Positions 59,744 to 64,000 of a stretch of 64,000 bases of DNA are shown here, piece by piece (position 1 is the first letter of the stretch; every line of letters begins with the position of its first letter). The translations under genes were made by a program, and so were the position numbers. Below the pieces are notes generated by a model. That model worked only from the letters and a program-made list of their open reading frames with translations, searched no databases and was not told the DNA's origin. The stretch spans positions 1,408,001-1,472,000 of the forward strand of contig CBDDIJ010000003.1 of assembly GCA_965228855.1 (NCBI GenBank), read 5' to 3'. The DNA comes from Candidatus Obscuribacterales bacterium. GTDB lineage: Bacteria > Cyanobacteriota > Vampirovibrionia > Obscuribacterales > Obscuribacteraceae.

Positions 59744-59977
59744 AGTCGCTACTATCCCTGCAGCTCCCTACTATAGCACCTCGCGGATGCCTGTCCTCTG
59801 AGAGCCCAAGCCGTACTTGTTTCGGGCATTCGTTTATTCGAGAGGGCGAGTTTGTCTATCCTGCGTTGACGGATTTACAGAAAAGTGTCTACGCACGATA
59901 GCCAACCATAGGCCTGTTGAAGAATTCTCCCAATTTTGCACATCAAGATAATTCTGTGAACGAGATCCACCAATTTC

Positions 59978-60685
59978 CTATGGGCGCTTAACAACAGAGC
60001 ATGTGTTCGAGTTGCCGCTGACGTTGACGCTGGGCTGTTTCTGACCGTTCAAACCTTTGAGCCAGAAGATGGTATTGTGATTACCTGGGACAGAAATGGC
60101 GCCAACATTTTCGCATCGCACGGTATTGAAATTTCCGGACACGGACAACACTCTGCAGTCTCCAATGATCGACAAGCTACAATGACTGCCCTGTACCACG
60201 ACACCATTATTGGTGCAGGTCAGGGTCTGATTGATGTTGTTATCGTACAAAATTATGTCGTCAACGCTAACATCAATTACCTTCGGGAGGGGCTTTCGCG
60301 ATTTTCCGACCGATGCTCCAGATAACATCATCAGCGCCTGAACTTTTGCTGGAAGTTGCGCGGAATTGTTCGCCGAGCCTTTCGGAGCGGTCCGATTTGC
60401 CGCAGTGCCTTGACCAAGAGCCTTACCTGCCGCGGATTTCTGACCGGCAGCTTTGCCTACAGTTGAGGAGTTGACTGAACCGCTTCCAGTGACAGGACTT
60501 CCACTCTTGGCTCGGCCACTCGCCGGTCCTTTCACATCGACTTTCTTTCCGTATCGCGTCTGAATCGAAACTCCGCCTGGACCCAACTGAACGGTGTCGC
60601 CACTTTCCGTAGTCACATCAATCTGGGCTCCGGCAGGAAACTGTATAAAAGCTAGTATCACTACTAAACCGATTATGTTCCGCAC
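59978..60685 (-). CDS. Secreted DUF3060-like beta-solenoid protein
   Basis: Signal peptide; repeats VQGSHC, VSGNFNTV, VPGNHNTI, VSGNSNT. Confidence 0.7.
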   Translation of the reverse strand: MRNIIGLVVILAFIQFPAGAQIDVTTESGDTVQLGPGGVSIQTRYGKKVDVKGPASGRAKSGSPVTGSGSVNSSTVGKAAGQKSAAGKALGQGTAANRTAPKGSANNSAQLPAKVQALMMLSGASVGKSRKPLPKVIDVSVDDIILYDNNINQTLTCTNNGVVVQGSHCSLSIIGDCRVLSVSGNFNTVRCENVGAISVPGNHNTIFWLKGLNGQKQPSVNVSGNSNTCSVVKRP

Positions 60686-60819
60686 ATTAGTTCCACTTGA
60701 TCTAATCCCCAGCTATCCACTCTACCATCATTATGGTTTTTAGTGATGCAACTGACATGTTTGCCCATGTCGCAAGGATGCGGCGGAGCTTGGAGTGCAC
60801 ATGTTTTACATATTTATGG

Positions 60820-60849
60820 CAATGACTGCGACCGGAGTCGCAGTCATTG
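60820..60849. terminator. Perfect 13-bp hairpin after the fasciclin gene
   Basis: CAATGACTGCGAC-CGGA-GTCGCAGTCATTG, 18 bp past the 60868 stop; no clear U tract. Confidence 0.5.
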
Positions 60850-60867
60850 TTCTCTGTGTCCTGTGCG

Positions 60868-61416
60868 CTATAGCGACGGGGGAAGAATAACAGTATCGAT
60901 CACATGAACCACCCCATTGCTGCAGATGATGTCAGTCGAGGTGACTTTTGCGCCTTCGACCGTCACCCCGTCAGGTGATACGGAGATGGCTATTGGTGAA
61001 CCTTCAACCGACTTGGCGGTCTTCAATTTCACGACGTCTTCTGCCTTCACAGATCCAGGGACGACGTGGAAGGTCAAAACTTTTGTCAATTTCGCCTTGT
61101 CCTTGAGGAGCGCGGACAGTTGATCCGCCGGAAGTTTTTTGAACGCTTCATCAGTTGGTGCGAACACGGTAAAAGGTCCTTCCCCTTTAAGTGTCTCCAC
61201 CAGTCCTGCCTCCTTCAGTGCGGTGACTAGCGTGCCGAATGAGCCGGCTGATTGAGCGGTATCCACAATATCTTTCGTAAGCGTTTTTTCCATTTGTTTT
61301 TCTCCTGATTTAGATTTTGAACAGTCTGCGCTCACTGGCGCAATACTCAAAGTTGAACAACTGATCAGTGCTGTTGCTGCAGCGGCAATTCTCGTGAATC
61401 TGATGAGCGACGCCAT
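60868..61416 (-). CDS. Fasciclin (FAS1) domain secreted protein
   Basis: DIVDTA...[13 protein letters not shown]...HVVPG...[15 protein letters not shown] 61416 with GAGGAGG RBS and a signal peptide. Confidence 0.93.
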   Translation of the reverse strand: MASLIRFTRIAAAATALISCSTLSIAPVSADCSKSKSGEKQMEKTLTKDIVDTAQSAGSFGTLVTALKEAGLVETLKGEGPFTVFAPTDEAFKKLPADQLSALLKDKAKLTKVLTFHVVPGSVKAEDVVKLKTAKSVEGSPIAISVSPDGVTVEGAKVTSTDIICSNGVVHVIDTVILPPSL

Positions 61417-61462
61417 TTCGATGCCTCCTCTCTCTGCGTACTCGGTCATCGTATTTGTCTTC

Positions 61463-61480
61463 TGTGAACGCATTGTGAAC
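61463..61480. promoter_or_regulatory. Direct repeat TGTGAAC-N4-TGTGAAC (candidate OmpR/PhoB-type box)
   Basis: Two identical heptamers at 11-bp spacing in the divergent fasciclin/sigma intergenic region; a third copy is inverted at 61513-61519. Confidence 0.45.
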
Positions 61481-61631
61481 GGAGTGCGCGATCTGAAATT
61501 CATTTTTTTCGTGTTCACAGAGCAGTCATTTGAACTTAATAAGATAGGTATGCGTGAAAACCTAGCTTGTCGTTCATCAATGCTTGCCATAAGCGACCGT
61601 GACCGATTGGTATAGCTGGAGGTAAAGTTCA

Positions 61632-62663
61632 ATGTCCACTGCATCCACTAGTGAAGAGTTCTTTAGTTTTCAACGAAATCTTGACTCCTTTGACGAACAA
61701 ATGGACTGGGGAGCGCACCGCCTGCGATGGCGCAGCCGTTGGGGCCACGAAGAGGTGATTCGTCGAGAATCTGAGTTTCAAGAGTGGCGAAATCCATACA
61801 ACGGAAGCGCAAAGGAACTATCGCTAGCGCATTATATGAAGTACGCATCACAGTTCCGACTGCTCACGCATCAGGAGGAATTGCAACTAGCAGAGCGCGC
61901 CTTGAATGGCGACGAGCGCGCTCGCGAAAAGTTGGTACTTTCGAACTTGCGTCTAGTAGTTAAATTTGCCAAAAGATACAAAGATCGTGGGATTGATTTT
62001 GAGGACCTTGTTCAAGAAGGCAACTTGGGATTGATACGCGCCTCTCAGTCATTCGATCCGTCAAAAGGCACCAGGTTCTCGACCTATGCGTGCATGTGGA
62101 TTATTCAGTTTATCTCTCGCATGGTCGACAACAAATCGCGTTCAATAAGGTTGCCGATCCGAGTTCACAAAGACATTAGAACAGTAAAGCAAATAATTGA
62201 AAGAGTAAAACTCACTAGAGGAACAGAGCCATCAATTGAAGAGATCGTTAAAATTTCAGAGTTGAGCGAGTCTAGAGTAAAAGCTGCATTCAAGAATATG
62301 ATCAGTCCCATATCTCTGAATCAAGAAACCGGTTTTGAGAACACCATCGAGCTCGGCGACCAAATAGTCTACAACGATGGCGATGATGTTGAGTCACCAG
62401 TAGAGCAACAGCTTTCCGAAGAGTTTGTCCGCACTTTGATTGGAATCCTAACACCCGAGGAAAGTAAGGTGATTTCAGAGCGGTATGGATTGACAGGCAA
62501 TAGCGAAATCGGCTTTAAAGAACTTTCGGAGCGCACAGGAATACCGCTGGGCAAAGTTAAACGAATTCATGCGATTGCCCTGAAGAAGATGAAGAGAAAA
62601 GCAAATCTGCTCTCCGAAACGAGGGGCGTGACAAAGGTTGGCTATTTCGCTTTACCGGGTTGA
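61632..62663 (+). CDS. Sigma-70 family factor (RpoD/SigA-like, non-primary)
   Basis: Region 1.2 YMK...LLTHQEE; region 2 [37 protein letters not shown]; region 4 HTH. Confidence 0.9.
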   Translation: MSTASTSEEFFSFQRNLDSFDEQMDWGAHRLRWRSRWGHEEVIRRESEFQEWRNPYNGSAKELSLAHYMKYASQFRLLTHQEELQLAERALNGDERAREKLVLSNLRLVVKFAKRYKDRGIDFEDLVQEGNLGLIRASQSFDPSKGTRFSTYACMWIIQFISRMVDNKSRSIRLPIRVHKDIRTVKQIIERVKLTRGTEPSIEEIVKISELSESRVKAAFKNMISPISLNQETGFENTIELGDQIVYNDGDDVESPVEQQLSEEFVRTLIGILTPEESKVISERYGLTGNSEIGFKELSERTGIPLGKVKRIHAIALKKMKRKANLLSETRGVTKVGYFALPG

Positions 62664-62774
62664 GCCCGGATTGTGAGTATTCACTCGACGTTCATCTCCT
62701 GGAGTTAAATTAAACTGTAGGGAACGATAACTCGTTTCAATTGCGGTCAACCTGCGACGATAGTTCGATTCAAA

Positions 62775-63485
62775 ATGTCAAAACTTCTTTTAGTCGAGGA
62801 CGAGCTTGACCTACTTGAGCTTACCAGCATAGCTTTGAGTTCGAGAGGATACAGCGTACAGAAGTGCAGCAGCGGCGACGAAGCGCTCGGTATGCTGCGT
62901 GTCTACAAATTTGACCTGGTTATCTTAGACTGGATGATGCCGGATATCACCGGTATCGAAGTTTTGAAACAGTATCGCGAAATGGGCGGCAATCTTCCTG
63001 TCTTAATGCTCACCGCTAAAGCGTCCGCTGACGATAAAGAGTTCGGACTTGATTCTGGCGCTGATGATTATTTGACTAAACCGTTCGAAATTAAAGAACT
63101 TTGTGCGCGGGTGAGAGCGCTCTTGCGGCGTCCGGCAAATGTCTCCAGCCCCGTGCTGGAAGCGGGCAGTATCCGGGTCGACCCAGCGGCTTGTCTGGTC
63201 GAGAAAGCTGGCATCGAAATTCATTTGAGACCAAAAGTTTATGACCTGTTACTGTTTTTTATGCGGCATCCGGATCAAGTCTTTACGGCCGAAGCCCTTA
63301 TGGAAAGGGTATGGATGGATGACAGCACCGCATCACCAGATACGGTGCGGACGCACATCAAATTGCTTCGGCAATCTATTAGCACGAAGGGCTCAGAAGA
63401 TTTGATTGAGACAATTAGAGGAAAGGGCTACATTCTCAGATCGAATAGAGATGATGCCCAAACTGATCCAGGTTCAAGACTCTGA
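62775..63485 (+). CDS. OmpR/PhoB-family response regulator
   Basis: LLVEDE, ILDWMMP, MLTA, GADDYLTKPF; wHTH LMERVW...TVRTHIKLLR, IETIRGKGY. Confidence 0.95.
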   Translation: MSKLLLVEDELDLLELTSIALSSRGYSVQKCSSGDEALGMLRVYKFDLVILDWMMPDITGIEVLKQYREMGGNLPVLMLTAKASADDKEFGLDSGADDYLTKPFEIKELCARVRALLRRPANVSSPVLEAGSIRVDPAACLVEKAGIEIHLRPKVYDLLLFFMRHPDQVFTAEALMERVWMDDSTASPDTVRTHIKLLRQSISTKGSEDLIETIRGKGYILRSNRDDAQTDPGSRL

Positions 63486-64000
63486 TGTATTGACTGTGCT
63501 GTTTTCAATTGGAATTTCAAACCAAAAGGTTGAACCTCTTCCGACTTTGCTATCCACGCCGATCTGTCCTCCATGTATTTCGACAAGTGATTTCGAAATC
63601 GACAAGCCGAGACCTGTTCCACCGGGTACTCTTTTGTCGGACGAATCAATCTGTTGAAATTTTTGGAATAGTTTTCCGAAGTCCTTTTGGGCGATTCCCG
63701 GGCCTCTGTCGATAACTCTGAAGCAGATGAAACCGTCTCGATTTTTGACAGTTTGAATTCTGATCTTGCTGTTGTTGGGCGAAAACTTTATGGCATTAGC
63801 AGTTAAATTACTCAGAACCTGAGCTAGCCTATCTCGATCAACATTCATTACGTCGTCGCAATTTATGTTTACTTCAAAGTTGATATTGCGTTCCGCTGCA
63901 GTCGCCTCAAGTTCGCCAAGAACCTGTTCAATCAAGTCTTGAGGCAACGTTCGCTCAAGTCTGAGCTCCATCTTTCCAGCTTCTATTTTTCGAAAATCAA
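63474..64000 (-). CDS. Sensor histidine kinase, C-terminal HATPase (5' end truncated by window)
   Basis: Frame is open to the edge: DFRKIEAGKMEL, QVLSNLTANAIKFS, DRGPGI, GGTGLGLSI, HGG, GSTF. Confidence 0.93.
   Translation of the reverse strand, partial: DFRKIEAGKMELRLERTLPQDLIEQVLGELEATAAERNINFEVNINCDDVMNVDRDRLAQVLSNLTANAIKFSPNNSKIRIQTVKNRDGFICFRVIDRGPGIAQKDFGKLFQKFQQIDSSDKRVPGGTGLGLSISKSLVEIHGGQIGVDSKVGRGSTFWFEIPIENSTVNTSES

Noticed and set aside
59744..59977. 234-bp gap between convergent genes, possible sRNA or small ORF
   Set aside because: Only a 22-codon ORF without an RBS and no convincing structure were found.
1..64000. CRISPR arrays, tRNA/rRNA, IS elements, prophage
   Set aside because: No regularly spaced DNA repeats, RNA gene signatures, or transposase, integrase or phage structural ORFs were seen on manual reading. 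Short elements could have been missed.

Overview
A gene-dense bacterial chromosomal window of about 50% GC with roughly 50 CDSs. I found no rRNA, tRNA, CRISPR array, transposase, integrase or prophage. The gene mix (many TPR proteins, multi-TM Ser/Thr kinases with Cys-rich N-termini, a secreted caspase-like protease, a WG-repeat protein, orphan TadE/TadG-like pilin cassettes, GTP-PEPCK, phosphoketolase) suggests a non-photosynthetic Cyanobacteriota relative (Melainabacteria/Obscuribacterales-like). That placement is an inference, not a database result. Housekeeping genes include xfp (partial), pckG, PBP1A, an ABC-F ATPase, MoeB/MoeZ, MFS, NCS1 and ABC transporters, a GT4, and an OmpR regulator with a partial histidine kinase. 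The most notable observations are: (1) a divergent RelA/SpoT small-alarmone-synthetase-like gene, with altered substrate-binding motifs and an unknown ~170-aa N-terminal domain, 14 bp downstream of an ABC-F gene; (2) a McrB-like AAA+ NTPase lacking a DNA-reading domain, paired with a DUF2357/McrC-like partner whose nuclease motifs look degenerate; (3) two paralogous orphan cassettes of Tad-type prepilins (long TadE, short TadE(s), TadG-like tip protein) about 45 kb apart, plus an MshEN protein and a CpaE-like pseudo-receiver; (4) a BNR beta-propeller + ubiquitin-like (GG) pair converging on an E1-rhodanese + HIT pair; (5) tandem 5-TM receptor kinases with conserved kinase and diverged sensor halves; (6) a sigma70 paralog with rewired regions 2.3/2.4 and 4.2. 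All family assignments come from motif recognition by eye.
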